Positions 49,627 to 63,814 of a DNA stretch of 64,000 nt are shown one piece after another; position 1 is the stretch's first letter, and the number at the start of each line of letters is the position of its first letter. The stretch spans positions 1,860,001 to 1,924,000 of the forward strand of contig JAMWBK010000006.1 of the NCBI GenBank assembly GCA_029953675.1, in the 5' to 3' direction. Source of the stretch: Rhodosorus marinus CCMP1338. Its lineage: Eukaryota > Plantae > Rhodophyta. The translations under genes and the position numbers were made by a program. A model generated the notes under the pieces. It was not told the origin of the DNA and did not search any database. It worked only from the letters and a program-made list of their open reading frames with translations.

Positions 49627-50257
49627 GAATCATCTTCTATGCATTTAAACACAACGAGAGCAAGCCGTTACGCACAGGCGCGGAACGCGGTGCAACCTCA
49701 GGAACTATAAAATCACTTTGCTGGCAGATACAGAGTATGGCGCAAACGACCAGGACAAACTTAAGGGGATATGAAGGAGGCTTTATATGTAGTAGAAGAA
49801 TTCAGGAAAGATAGTCATGTTGATATAGTCCCGTCGAGTCGGATTCACCTGCTCGTTTTACATCACCTCCGAGGGCATTAACCCAGCACATACGATCAAC
49901 TGTTGTCAATTTGCCAACTTCACATTCGTTGTTGGATTTCAACGGTTGATTTCCCGTTGCTGAGCAAGTGGGCTTGAGCTACGCCACTGATATATTCGCA
50001 CCGCTTTATATGATGAGCTTTAGAATTGAAGTTCCTGGGGCTGTCGCTGGAGGCATGTAGATCTCCGCCTTGATCTCCTGTTGTGCAGTATCCTAGTGAA
50101 GTCTGCGTTGTCGAGCTCAGCGGGATATAGTTAAGCTGTTGGGATAGCGGTGGAGTCGTGGACGCGGACAAGGGCGACACTTTCTGTACTGGATATGCTC
50201 GAGGTCTGCTGAAAGAATTGTGTGATGCAAACGTTGACGAGCTGAAATATTGGAAGG

Positions 50258-51606
50258 ATGGAGGTCTTTGGATTGGATGTATTGGAGAATGTCGGTAGGT
50301 ATCTTGCGCTGGAGGACCGTTTAAACCTTGCAATGACCTCCAAGGCCTGTTTCAGTGGGTTGCAGAGGAAACTAGACTTTGTAAATGCCGCTGTGGAACG
50401 CCCTTCGGTACTGAGAGTCAAGCATCAAAACACTGCTGTGCCAGATGAATCTACGAGGTGGTTGGTTTCCGGGAATGGAAGGGTTCTTGTGTCTATCGAA
50501 ATCTATCTGCGGTTGTGCGGTGAATTATGTATAACTCGGATGTCGATTCCAGAACTCGAATCACAGAGGATCTATCTGAGAGATCAATGTCTCGACACGC
50601 GTTTGGGGGAGACCCGACTGTCTCACTCTGGCAAGCTTCTCGCTTTCGATTTTTTTAACGACAGAGGAGGCATGACTCACAACGTGCACATAGCGCAACT
50701 TGGAGAGGGTGGTGTGGTTATGCTGGGCTCGTATATGTTCGTTGGTAGGACGATTTGGGAGATTCGGATATCTCCGTCTGACCAGTATATTGCTGTTGGA
50801 ATGGATCAGGGAATGTTCGTTATGGATAGGGAAGCCCGAATCTTGTATTCTTGTCCATGTACATTCCCCAGCGATTTTCTTGTTTCCCTCGGCAATTTCG
50901 CTTTCACCGAAGGAGACGATTTGCTGTTTTTGAGTGAAGAGCCGGACGGTGTTGAGGTTGGCGGGAAGACGGCGGTGGCGAAGATGTGTTCGCCACCTTT
51001 TACCGATCAAGTTCGACTTGCACCACTACCGGAAAGGGTCGGCGGGAGGTGGGGGATATCCTTACAAGAATACAATAGACTCGTCTATCATCAGGAGGAG
51101 AAGGGCCTCGTTGAGGCATTCACGGTCCTTCCACGGGCCCAGGGGTACCAGAGTTATTTAACGGTATCAAAGAAAATACCTCGCTACTGCACGGTAAAGC
51201 TTGTATCGTACGTTGAGGTAAGCAGAGCATGAAATCGAACGGCGCAGTGCCCAAAGCTCAACCGGACGTGCCGTTGCTTTCACGAAAGGATGACGAACGG
51301 ATAACATGGGTCTGTGCGGATGGATCAGATAGGAGAACACCTAAGGAGAGAGTTTTCGTATCCAACAATGGGCATGCTCCCAGTCAGAGTGCGACTGACC
51401 GGAAATCTTGGACAATTGGTTCCCTCTTTGACAGACGGGTTAGGACTTGGGAGTCCAGTAGCTGCATCCAGAGTGACGGTGGATGGTGTAGCTCTGCATA
51501 TAGTTCACGGGAAAGGGATGACACGATTGTTTGTGTGATGAACCTACGTCCGTTTCTCGAAAGCAAAGAGTCCTGGGAACTGGTTATGCGCGCTGCTTGC
51601 GCATAA
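50258..51606 (+). CDS. F-box-like protein with C-terminal beta-propeller-like repeats
   Basis: N-terminal LDVLENVGRYLALEDRLNLAMTSKAC resembles an F-box. Repeats LSHSGKLLAF, ISPSDQYIAV and FTEGDDLLF follow. Intron 51217-51288 joins the 125-aa downstream ORF in phase 0. Confidence 0.65.
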
Positions 51607-52927
51607 GCGTTGACCTAGGAGCACTGGGTGTTTTCGATAGACGACATCGAGTCCCGCAAACGGCTTGAGGAAAATATTTCCTAAAAAGTCATTTCGGAGA
51701 AGACACTGTTGAAACCATACGTACACAGGGGTTGGAGATGGCGTACTTCGAAAAACGACTCTGGCTTGTTTTCCGGCTAAGAAAGGCTCGCTTCCTAGGA
51801 GTTTAGGTAAGCTACGGGTAAGATATCTTTGGGCAGGTACCGGAAAGTTTCTTAGATTTTAAAGCCCAACCGTCACATCTGACCACGACTGACTTTTGTT
51901 TACAAATAGTAATTAGATACAATCTCGCGTAAAGCATACTTCAAAATATTATATTCACTGCTCCCGTTTTATGCTTAGGGCAAGACCACCCAGGTCAAGA
52001 GGACGGAGGAATTGACTCGACCTCAGTATCCCAGAGGCGTTCGGCTTCAGGGGTGCTTGCGCGCTTTTGTGTCCATTCGGACCGTTCACGACCTCTTTTG
52101 GTCCCTCCAAGGACCGCTCTGCCACGTTTCTGACCTAAGAGCCCTCCTGAACATTCTTCCTTTGTCTCATCCAGATGGGAAGGCAGCTTCCCACTTTGCG
52201 GGTTCTCGCCCCCGAGTGGAAACGAAAAACACGAGCAACACTAATGGGCTTTGATACGGGTAAATTTTGCCGAATCAACAAGCAGCGCCGTACCTGCGGG
52301 GACGATCTCTTCGTCACCGGAGCACGAGCGCACCAAAGACTATCGTAAACAGCATCAGAGCACCCTGTCTGCTTTCACACTTCTTTTGTAGACCTGAATT
52401 GCCCGGTGTGAAAGGATTCCGCCCAATCACCCTTTCCATTCCAACGGGCAATCCAAAAAAAAAAAATCCGTCGAGAAGTAAACCAAGCCAAGAAAAACAA
52501 CGAAACACAGCACAAAGGTTAGTCAACAGCACCGTCGATTCCGTAAACAACAATTATCCAATAGAAAACTGACAAGTCACCCTTTAAGTACTTTTCGTGT
52601 GAACCATTGGTTGATTACTCGGTTTTGCATATCTGCGAAAATGGATATGTTTTAGTCGGGAGAGTTGCTGCTTAGGTGATCTTTAATTGCCAACGGGTTA
52701 CCTGCTTTTCGAACACCGGAACGGTGGCAAAACGTAAACGCTAAAAGCCGATCTTCGCCGTTGTAGGGAGATTGTAGCAGTCGATTATAGTGTTAGGTGT
52801 TGTGGGTGTGTGTCACGGGGGTATTTTACCTTTTCTTGCAGGGCTTTCTGTACACTTTGCAAGGTGTTCGAGGAGGATCGTGAGGGGGTGACTTCTCTTT
52901 TTTCGGTTGCTTTTTTTTTTGTAGAAG

Positions 52928-54123
52928 ATGGGACGAACGAAATGCTTTTTCGACATTTCCGTCGGCGGAGAACCGAGTAAGTGATAGACCACTGATCGGA
53001 TTTGCTTTTCTTATGATAAGAAAGAGGAGTACTGACCATGGTCCCCGCTGCGGTTGTTCTCCTGAAGGTGGTAGGTTTGTGTTCGAACTTTTTGAGGATG
53101 TGGTTCCCAAGACGGCGGAAAATTTTCGAGCGCTGTGCACTGGTGAAAAGGGGGTAGGTAAGTCAGGAAAACCTTTGCACTACAAAGGATCTCTTTTCCA
53201 TCGTTGCATAAAGAGCTTCATGCTCCAAGGTGGCGACTTTACAGCGGGGAACGGAACGGGTGGGGAATCAATCTACGGGACCAAGTTTGAGGATGAAAAC
53301 TTTGAGTTGAAACATGACAGACCAGGCTTGCTCTCAATGGCAAATGCGGGTGCGGATACGAACGGCAGCCAGTTCTTCTTGACAACAGTTGCAACTCCTC
53401 ATTTGGATGGGAAGCACGTAGTGTTTGGTGAATGCATACGTGGCATGGGTCTCGCGTACTTCATTGAAAACTTGGAGACAAACAACCAAAAACCTGTTGC
53501 CGATGTTGTCATCGAAGATTGCGGGGAGGGCGAAGGTCCTGAGAGGGATGACATGCCCGAGTTTCCCGAGGAAAATGACCTCGCAAATATGGAGGAAGTT
53601 CGAAAAAGGGTGACTAATTTCAAAGATGAAGGCAACAAGCACTTCTCCAAACAAAATTTCGAAGCTGCGAAAAGGATGTATAGCTCGGCGTTGAGGTACA
53701 CAAGCATGGCGAAGGACGAGAGCCTGAAAGAACTGGAAGGTAGTGGAACACCGTGGACCAGTCCATTCTATTAAGCCTTGTAGCTGATCACCATACTTCT
53801 TGGGACCCTTTTCAGTATCATGCAGTCTCAACAGAGCCGCGTGTGAACTCAAACTCGGACGAAACTCAGCAGCAGTCGAGGACTGTTCAAAAGTCCTGGA
53901 GAACAGTGCAGCGACTGAGCTACAAAAAGCCAAAGCACATTATCGAAAGGCATCGGCCTTCTACATGATGAAGAAGCTTGACGAGGCCATGTCAGAAATT
54001 GAAGCTGGATTGCTGCTCGCCTCTGAAGATCCAGCCCTCAACGCGTACAAGGGCAATGTGAAGAAGGCAATTGCCGTCAGAGATGAGAGGGAGAAGAATC
54101 TTTACTCACGTATGCTAGGCTAG
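52928..54123 (+). CDS. CYP40: Cyclophilin-40 (PPIase + TPR)
   Basis: [16 protein letters not shown]|[59 protein letters not shown], then TPRs [18 protein letters not shown] and KAHYRKA. Introns 52978-53068 and 53740-53814. Confidence 0.95.
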
Positions 54124-54672
54124 GGCTCAGAAAGCATCTCAACCTTCGGCCCCGGGGACCGATGGCCAAAACGCGGAGGAAGGCCCCACTTTTCAATCCG
54201 ATCCACCCGCACTATACTTAATCAAGAACAAAAAGTTTCTATATTTCAACAAACGGATACCCTTCGAAAAGTATTCGAAAACTTAAGCAGTCCCAAGCAT
54301 CCCAAAAAAGGGCACCTGCGGAACATTGGCTTCGAAGCCTTGTTTGCGGCGCAAAGAAACCAGACAGAAAAAAAAGTGTTGAAACTAGAATGGAGAACAT
54401 TGGTCAGTTCACTCGGCCAGGAATAAGGACAACAATTTCGATGTTTTTTGCGGATCTCGAGATTGTCCCGAGGTTTTGGAGGTTCTTTGGGGGGTTTGCC
54501 GGGCTGTAGCGGGTTTAGCACCGATCAGGCAGTTGAGCGTGGTTGGATCTTTCTGGGAGGCATGGGCTTCTTGGGGTGAAAGTGTTTCTGTCCATTTCTG
54601 TCCATTTCTGTCCGTTTCTGTTTTGGATAGTTTGAAGCGTACGGTTATTTTATTAGCAAAGAGGTCAGGATA

Positions 54673-55598
54673 ATGGCGTTCGTGACTACATTCTCGACCA
54701 GCCTGAGGTCTGGAGAGGGGTCCTCGATTTGTGGGTCACGACCTCTGAGCAGGCCTTCGCAGAGGAAGATGGTGGGCTGCGGTTATCACATTGATATTTT
54801 GGGACTATGACTGACGGAGTGATTGGTTTTTGACTTCTGTTGATTTATCACCCCTGCTAGGTAAGAATCTTTATGGCGCAGGAGGAGCAACTGAAGCGAG
54901 CCGAAGACAGAATGAAGAAGACTGTTGAGACCGTTAAGAGCAATTTCAACACAGTTAGAACTGGAAGGGCGAACGCATCGATGCTCGATAGAGTTGTGGT
55001 TCCATACTATGAGGTCGATACTCCGCTGAACCAGCTGGCTTCCATTTCGATCCCTTCGTCCACAACGATCCAGATTGATCCGTATGACAAGTCCGTTCTT
55101 GGTGACATCGAAAGGTCTTTAATGGTAATAATCGCCGCTGCGTCGTCTATGCGACGTCACCTGGTGACTTTGGGTTGAATTGGGTTTGATTCTTACCGGT
55201 TCCCATTTTAGGAAGCGGACTTGGGCATGAATCCAAACAGCGATGGGAGCGTCATTAGATTGATAGTTCCTCCTTTGACGCAAGAACGTAGGAAAGAATT
55301 CGTCAAGTCTGTCAAAGGTAGGATCTTCGACAATTCAGTGACTGTCTGTGACCTTAATCCCAATCTGAACGTTTCACTATTGACACGCGGGTCAGCGATC
55401 GCGGAGCACGGCAGAGTGGCTGTTAGAAACATCCGGCGGGACGCGATTGATAAATACAAGAAAGCAGAAAAGGATGGAGACATGTCCAAGGACGAGAGCA
55501 AGACGAATCAGGACTTAGCTCAGAAGCTAACTGACAAGTACGTTAAGACAATTGATGGCCTCGCTTCTGAGAAGGAAAAGGATATTCTCAAGGTATAG
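54673..55598 (+). CDS. frr: Plastid ribosome recycling factor
   Basis: Transit peptide MAFVTTFSTSLRS. Motifs RTGRANASMLDRV, PLNQLASIS, IDPYDKS, NPNSDGSVIRL..PPLTQERRKE and RVAVRNIRRD. Confidence 0.95.
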
Positions 55599-56554
55599 TA
55601 TGGTACAACGATAAAGGCCAAATTTTTGACTGGTTACTACTCCCGTGGAGTAGGACGTCCAACTGGGGTTAGCGCTTTGCAAAGAATGAGGTCACCACTG
55701 TTTTACTTTCATCGCCAGTCAAGAAGCTTAAACTCTATAGGGCTACCCAATGAGCAACTGGATCTCTGCGCTGCGATGGCTTGGCACCGGATCTCATCGT
55801 GTCAGTGCAAAGTCAAGCAGAAGAGTGCATGGTGACCAGTCTCGTGCCCGGACCATCAAGAAACGAATGGTTCCATTCCCAGCTGAACGTGCTGGTGATA
55901 GATGAACGCATAAGGGTCTAGTTAAAGCTTTCACGCCAGATGAGGGGTTGCAGACCGTCACGCGACCAGTATTTCTCTTTCTCTTAGACAACGACGACAG
56001 GTACAGTTCATAGAAGCTGTGACGATCTGAATGCCTTCCATAAGAGACCTTTTCGTTGTACCCCAGAACAATCTGGCAACCAGTTGCCAAAGGCTCACTG
56101 GATTGAAATCTGGGAAAACAGTTCCGTTGCGGATTAGCGTGAGAATGTATTATGTGGAACTGTCATTGATTTCTTAACAGCGAAAAAGCGCCTATCTAAA
56201 AAACCAAGACCATGGAGGCAAACATGAACCTGCACGCTCTTAAGTCACGTTGACGTAAACGTTTAGACACTACAGTAGTACAAAATAGTATCGAGCAATC
56301 ACTGAATATCTGATAATTTATCACCTTTCTCTCTATAGTCAGATTAGTATCTCTGGTTTGTACATTTCGTTTCGTACTGATACTACCTGGATAGTTCGTA
56401 GATTTTTCGGCTTTGAACAGAAAGAACCAGCAGGATCGATCTCGGCGAGAAGAGGGTTGGGGGATTCGGGGATTGGATTGGTCGAGTTGGGTTCTGGTTG
56501 TTTCTCCTCCAGCATAAGATTTGAGAGTGTAAGAAAGCGCAAAAACTTTGCAAG

Positions 56555-58189
56555 ATGAGATCGTCAGTGGTCTTACTTGTGGTGTTGGTGGTGTCGTTGG
56601 CCGCGAGATTCGCCAATATCAATCGTCCGGAGAAGATCATTTTCGATGAGTTGGTGATCACCAAGTTTATGAACAAGATCAGGGAGAGGGAGTTTCTGTT
56701 CGATGTATTTCCGCCGCTCGGAAAAATGTATCTTACTGCGGCCTCCGGGTTGGTGCATTGGACTGTTCCCAGCAACCTGACGCACGTTGGACAAGAGCTT
56801 CCTCCGGGTTCTGGTTTTGCACAAGTGAGAGCTATAAATGCAGTTCTTGGAGGTATCTCATCGATGATGGTGTCAGTTGTTTGTCTGTAAGCGTTTTGTC
56901 AAAGCTTATTTGGGACTGATCATCGTTACTAACATGACAGCCATTATCTCCGCCGCCAAATCGTAGCGAGGGCGGAATCACGGCGTGGCCAGCCCTGGTT
57001 GGGGGCCTGATGAATGGATTGGACATTTTGTCCACTATTCAAAGCCGTGTTATGATGCCGGATACGTTCATGGTCCTATTGGAACAGATCGCGTTCTTCT
57101 TCGCGATGAAGAGTTGGAACGCAGCGAAAAGGAAGTCGCGTGCGACACCTCTTCTGTGGATGCTATTGGCAGGAGTGGCCTCTGGTTCTGCAGTGGCGAC
57201 TAAGTGGACGTCCTACGCGGTTGTCGTGATAATTTCCAGCATATCGTTTTTCGGAATCCCTCCGTTCCTCACTCATGGAGGTATGGCTTGGCCGACTGTG
57301 CTGTCTTTCTATGCAGCTGCTGCCAGCACATACTACTTCTTTTTCGACCTCTACTTGCGCTGGTGCAACAGAAGCGGGGAGCACGATAACTTCACTACCA
57401 TCCCATTCCAGGCTTCTCTGATAGGGAGCAATCACGCCGTGGACAGTGAACCAATGGAGCCTTGGATGAAAGTTTACGAGTATAACAAGCTTATGTGGAT
57501 GTATTCGAGGGTACTGGGATGCAATGACTGTCAATCATTGGCTTTGTGAAACACGATCTAACCTTTTTTGGTGCGACCTTTTTCTGTTGTTTTCAGGGAA
57601 TTCGTGGCGACACTAAATCGGAACCTTCCTGGATAGATTGGATACTGAACCAGCGCACAACTATTTATGTGATAGAAAAATATGAGGCATCGTCCAGGAG
57701 GGTGACTACCATCGTCAACCCGGCAGTATCGCTTACGATTTCCGGGAGCTTGTTGACCTTTACCGTCGTCCTTTTCCTGTACGTTCGGTACTTGAGGCAC
57801 AAGGGTTCAAACTACCAAGCCTTAAGGCAGACCCTGCAGAGAGGCTCTGTCTACATACTTGCCTGGATAGGCAGTATGCTTCCGACTCTTGCGGTGTTCC
57901 GTTGCGGCCCTATATATCAGTACCTCCCGGCCCTCTTTTTCGCGACGCTGTTAACAGCTCAGAACCTGGAATTGCTGATGCCCAAATTGAAGGCCGCTGT
58001 TTCTATTGTGGTGAGTTCTTCTTGGGTTGTTCGATAGTCTGCTGGCTATCTACTAACCCGATTTCTACTTCGCAGGTCATTCTCGCTATTGTCGCAGCTT
58101 TCGCGCTTTGGTCACCGTGGGTGTACTTCACAGAAATTTCTCTTGCCTATCATTCAAGACTGCTGGCAATGGAAGGGTGGCAGCGGTAG
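56555..58189 (+). CDS. Dolichyl-phosphate-mannose:protein mannosyltransferase (PMT/GT39)-like protein lacking MIR domains
   Basis: IIFDELVITKF..FLFDVFPPLGKM, SRVMMPD, GVASGSAVATKW, SGEHDNFTTIPFQASLIG, SEPSWIDWILNQR, NPAV and YQYLPALFFA follow the PMT N-terminal and 4TMC consensus order. Confidence 0.8.
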
Positions 58190-58900
58190 GGACCTGCATG
58201 TTCTGACTCTTGCACAGTAGTGGAAACAAGAACCTTCGATAACTAAGCTGCTCCGTGGTGCACTCGATGAGAGGATCAGCGTCGAACCCTTATTTCTACG
58301 CCCGCCTTTTTGCACAATGAAATTCTTTTCATTGCGAACCCCAAAGAACTTTCTCTCAACCGCAGTTGTCCTGAAAGTCTGAATAAAGCAAATAAATCGC
58401 CGAAGGAACGGTAGCTAGCACTCGTCCACAACGCAAACTTCCCAATCCGATCTGTGTCAACTGACCAGGCTCTAACCAGTCAGTCAAACAACTTTCAAGT
58501 TCAATCATTTTAAATTGAACGTTTATTACGATCAGAACGTGTTTATTTCAACTTCATCTGCTCTAAAACAACTTTATTAAATATATAGAAAATATATACG
58601 ATATATGCATCGTATTTAGAAACAGTACATATTGAAACAGGGAGGAAGGGGGGTTGTTCTTCGTCCACGTAATTATCTATATATATATAATAGAAATAAT
58701 TAGAGGGACGCAGAACTAGTGATGTATCTTGAATCTCTTCAGATACGGAAAACCGGCCCGGAGGGAAGGAGGGGGGTGAGGAAGGAATCGAGGAGAAATC
58801 TTACTTTAGCGTCCATGAGGTTCGGAAGGAGGAACCGAGAATGTGGGAAATTTCATGTTTATGGAGAAGCTCGGGAGAGCTCTCCAAAAACCGGGTGAAT

Positions 58901-59330
58901 TCAGTGTAGTAGATATTTGTGTCTCTTGCCCGTTTCGTTTCTTGTAGTGTAGAGGAAGTGGTATTTTGGGAAGTCATAGAGCAGCGAGCCTTGAGAGTGT
59001 GTACTAGATTCGGCAGTAGTGAAATAATCAATTCTCGCTGAACGTGATTTTTTAGATAGAAGCTCATGAATCTGCTCAAGAGGACGCTTCTCGAAATTTT
59101 GCCAATTGGATCTAACGAGATCGTCCTCGCAGGTCCGTCAGGGACGAGGGACCCTCTCGCACTGCTACTTTTGCAAGTTAATACAGTTCACTTTTTCAAG
59201 CGAGCAAATCAGCAACTTTCCGCTTGCGAAAAGAATGTAGGAGTCCCCTGTGTGATAGTCAAGTGCAAGCAAGAGCGCGAGCTTATGGAGGCTTGTGGTA
59301 CGCGATTATGATCGCCATCGAGTCCAATAG
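58901..59330 (-). CDS. Hypothetical protein, 3' exons
   Basis: Frames LALLLALDYHTGDSYILFASGKLLICSLEK and DDLVRSNWQNFEKRPLEQIHELLSKK..KRHKYLLH* can be joined by a 66-nt intron, but it needs a rare GAG acceptor. Confidence 0.25.
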
Positions 59331-59909
59331 CTGGAGCGAAAGGTTGCTGTCTCTGAATGTACGACAACTTGATGAAACACATGACAAAATCGCATCCGAG
59401 TCATCCTTAACAATAACTTCTTATGACGTGCCCATAAGATTTCACTGCGTTCGTTTTTCGATGGTGAAATTCCCTTTCGCAAGAACGTAAGGAAATCGCC
59501 TCTATATGGGATTTTGCGAATTTTTGAAAGAAAAACTACGGCATCGATCTGAATGGAGTATGGAAAGTCGGTTTCGGTTCGAATGGTGTGCTGTTTAATG
59601 GTGGCGGCCTAGGAGAGAAGTCGGTTGGGGGAGCGGGATAGCTAAGTAGAGGCTTGAATAGGATTGGAACTATTAGGACGTCGTTTTGGGGTTTTCGAGC
59701 AAGAATTTGATATCTTTTTGTAGGTTTTTGGGGCCCCGTTTTGCGTGTTTTCGAGCATCGTCAGCGAACACATATTTCCTTATCGAAGGTAAGAGATCAT
59801 TGGTCTTCAAGGAATTGGTGTAGGGAGGTTGAAGAGGTGCAGTAGTCACAGTGTTCGAAAAACGGCGTCCGTCGCTTCGCATTGATAGATTCATGGTAAT
59901 CTTTGCTGA

Positions 59910-60919
<1,010 letters not shown>

Positions 60920-62333
60920 AGCATGGTGTGAAATATGTTTATTAGAAACGGAGTACTCCCACAGTTTTGTTGGGATTGAAGACATTTTTTTGATTTCAAG
61001 GCTCTTGGGATAATAAACCTCATCCAAGACAACTCTGCTCTAGTTGAACTTTCAAGAGGTCTTTTGGAAATATCTCTAGATAACCCAACCTTAGGCGGGG
61101 CTGCTTGAGCTACACCCGCAGCTGTAGTTGGTCCTTAAGTTCTATCGAGCAAAATTGCGAACAGGCTTTCCGCGTCGGTCGGTGATCAGGACTTGTAAAG
61201 ATCGTTCCACACGAAGCCCAGAGTATCGAACTACATAAGCAAAAAACTGCAGGCCCGCGACAAGCAGAAATTCTCCTGCGCGAGTCTCTCCCAGGGTCTG
61301 GAGGCAGCAGCGTCGTAGAATGTGTGGAGCGCCAAACAGCTCAGTGTATCTACCACGGGCCGATTACAACTGATTCTCTTCAAAGCACCAGAAAGTGAGA
61401 AATTCTATCGGTGTCAGCTGCAGAACTTGCGCTTCTGAGCACACATTCCGATAAAGGGCAGATTGCAAAGTTTCAGGTCGGCATGCGCGATTGCGCGATT
61501 CTATGTCACAACTGAACATTAAGAGTTTTTGCGAAGCATACAGAGTCAATCAACTTCTCCAATTTTGATTCATTCAATCACTCTTCCCCCCGTACATCCA
61601 TAGAGAATATCACTAAAAGTGTATCTTGTCCATCATTAAATCCATAAATTATGTATTTTTTATTTTTGGATTTGAAATATACAACGTTTACAGTATAAAT
61701 ATGTGTTCCTATTATTTTATGAATTCAAGGTTTGAGATGTCTCTTTCAGCAGCTCATATACAAGTTAAATGATATGCGTAATATCGTATTCGCTATGTTT
61801 ATTATTATTTTGAACCTTTTAAAGTTATTCATATAGCGTATTATTCACTTACGATAAATAGCCCTGAAAGTTTATTTCCCTTTATTGATGAACGCAGAGC
61901 TCAACCGTGGCCAGGTTTTCCCGGCCTGCGCCATGGGTGAGGACCAATGTTACCAACTCCAAGACGGCATGTTTCTGAATAATTAGGGAGTGAACGAGGC
62001 GTCACGTGGGAGAGGGGAGGATAAGGAAGAGGAGAATCACATTCCAGAAGAGAAAGGTGTCGCTTGTTGTCGAAAGGAAACGAGAGGATGGTGGATACCT
62101 GATAGGCTGAATTGGCGGAGTTCTATCTTGAATGTGGATTTCGCCTAGGATAGAGCCCGTTGGGGACTTCGTTCTTTATGCGTCGTTTCTTGTGGGGGGG
62201 TTCGCTGAGAGATCTCTCTCTTGGATGGAGGTTGGTGGATCTTACGGTAGAGGGGAGGTGCAACTGTCCGTTTTCTAGTTTTGGGTTAGGTGTATTCGGT
62301 GTAGGCGTTCAACTGGGTGGTTGACAGGCCGCG

Positions 62334-63814
62334 ATGCAGGCGAGCACTCCTCCCGAGCAAGGGCCTGACGAAGAGAAGACTGTTACCAAAACAGATCAGC
62401 CGAAGCATGTCTGCGAGCTCCTTATCCTTGTTGACCTCACCATCGGAAGTGATCCGAAGAGAGAACACGAGTTTCAGCAGATCGTTCAATGGGATTGGGC
62501 CGCATACAACATCCTCGAGAGGAAAATTGTAGAGAAGAGGAGTATGACATTGGAACGGGAATGGGAAGCGGACACAGAGGATGATGATAGAGTGCACTTC
62601 CAGCAAGCAGTAAACCAGTTCGATCAAGCTCTATACGAGATGTTCGTTCAGAAAGATAAGAGCTTCTGCATGTTGACGGATAATTCTTGGACACTCCAGC
62701 ACGTCTTCGTGATGGAAGCGATGAGGAAGAACATTCAACTTGCGTCGCACTATCACGTGTTTTTTGACCTTAAGTCGGAATTCAAGAAGTACGAGCCGAA
62801 CACTTACTGGCCTCGGGACAGACGTGCAATGCTGGACCATTTCAATTCTCCGGACATCGACGATCCCCGGGATGAGATCGCCCAGATTATTACTCTCCTG
62901 CTGGAGCACAATCACTGCTTTGTGTACCCGGAAACTGTTCAAGGGGTTGATTGGGCACGAGAAACGGTAAGCCAGTTCTACATGCTCAGTTGATTTCAAG
63001 GCCGCTTGCTGACTTCTTGTGAACCTGACTTCCTTAGCTTGGTATGCCTGCTCATGCTGCGCCAATTGCGGCAGCGATCCCGGTAGGCGGAATTGTCCGA
63101 CTTCGAGGGCTTCCTTGGGCGGCAAACGAGGAGGATGTTGCGAACTTTTTCAAGGACGTTGAGCTGGTTCCGAATGCTGTTCATATGACTCACACGAGGC
63201 AGAACAAGCCAACGGGGCTTGCCTTCGTGCAAACTGCAACACTGGAAGACGCTGAAGTTGCTGTATCGTTCCACAGGAAGATGATGGATAAGAGATATAT
63301 TGAAGTCTTCAAGTCCTCCCCGCAGGACATGGCTGCCGCGATGGAACGGGCCGATGTACGGAACACAGCTCCAAAAGCTGGAGGAGGATCATACAAGTCG
63401 GTGCCAGTGAACAAAGCTCGAAATGCAGCGGCAGTTGTCGCCGCCGCGGCTGCTGCGGCGGCGGCGGCCGCTGCTGCTGTAGCAACTGCAGCTGTTGCGG
63501 TACCTGTCCCTCTCACATACCAAGTGTCCCACATAGTAAAAATGCGCGGCCTGCCGTTCTCAGCCTCGGTTGCGCAGGTAATCAAATTTTTCGAGGGCAT
63601 TGAGATATCCAACCGAGGGGTTCATCTAGTGTATGGTGCCGACGGAAGGATGGTTGGAGAGGCGTTCGTGGAGTTCCCGAGTGACCAGATGCTTGCGAAA
63701 GCTCTCCAGCGAAATAGGGAGAAGATTGGATCCAGATACATTGAGCTCTTTCGCAGCTCGCCCGCAGAAATGGTTTCTACTTTTGAGCGCTTTGGGTCAA
63801 TGCCTAGTCGCTAG
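62334..63814 (+). CDS. ESRP/Fusilli-like RNA-binding protein: DnaQ-like N-terminal domain plus two quasi-RRMs
   Basis: N-domain FQQAVNQFDQAL..KSFCMLTD..VMEAMRKNIQLASHYHVFFDLKSEFKK. qRRMs VRLRGLPWAANEEDVANFF..RYIEVFKS and VKMRGLPFSA..RYIELFRS. Intron 62967-63037. A run of 13 Ala codons at 63440-63478. Confidence 0.85.

Noticed and set aside
55794-56090. AlkB-like HxD (GRHSDRH) in a minus-strand ORF
   Set aside because: No distal His or RxxxxxR motif found; too weak to call.
61900-61941. Imperfect hairpin upstream of the ESRP-like gene
   Set aside because: Many mismatches and no match to HDV-type or other ribozyme cores that I know.
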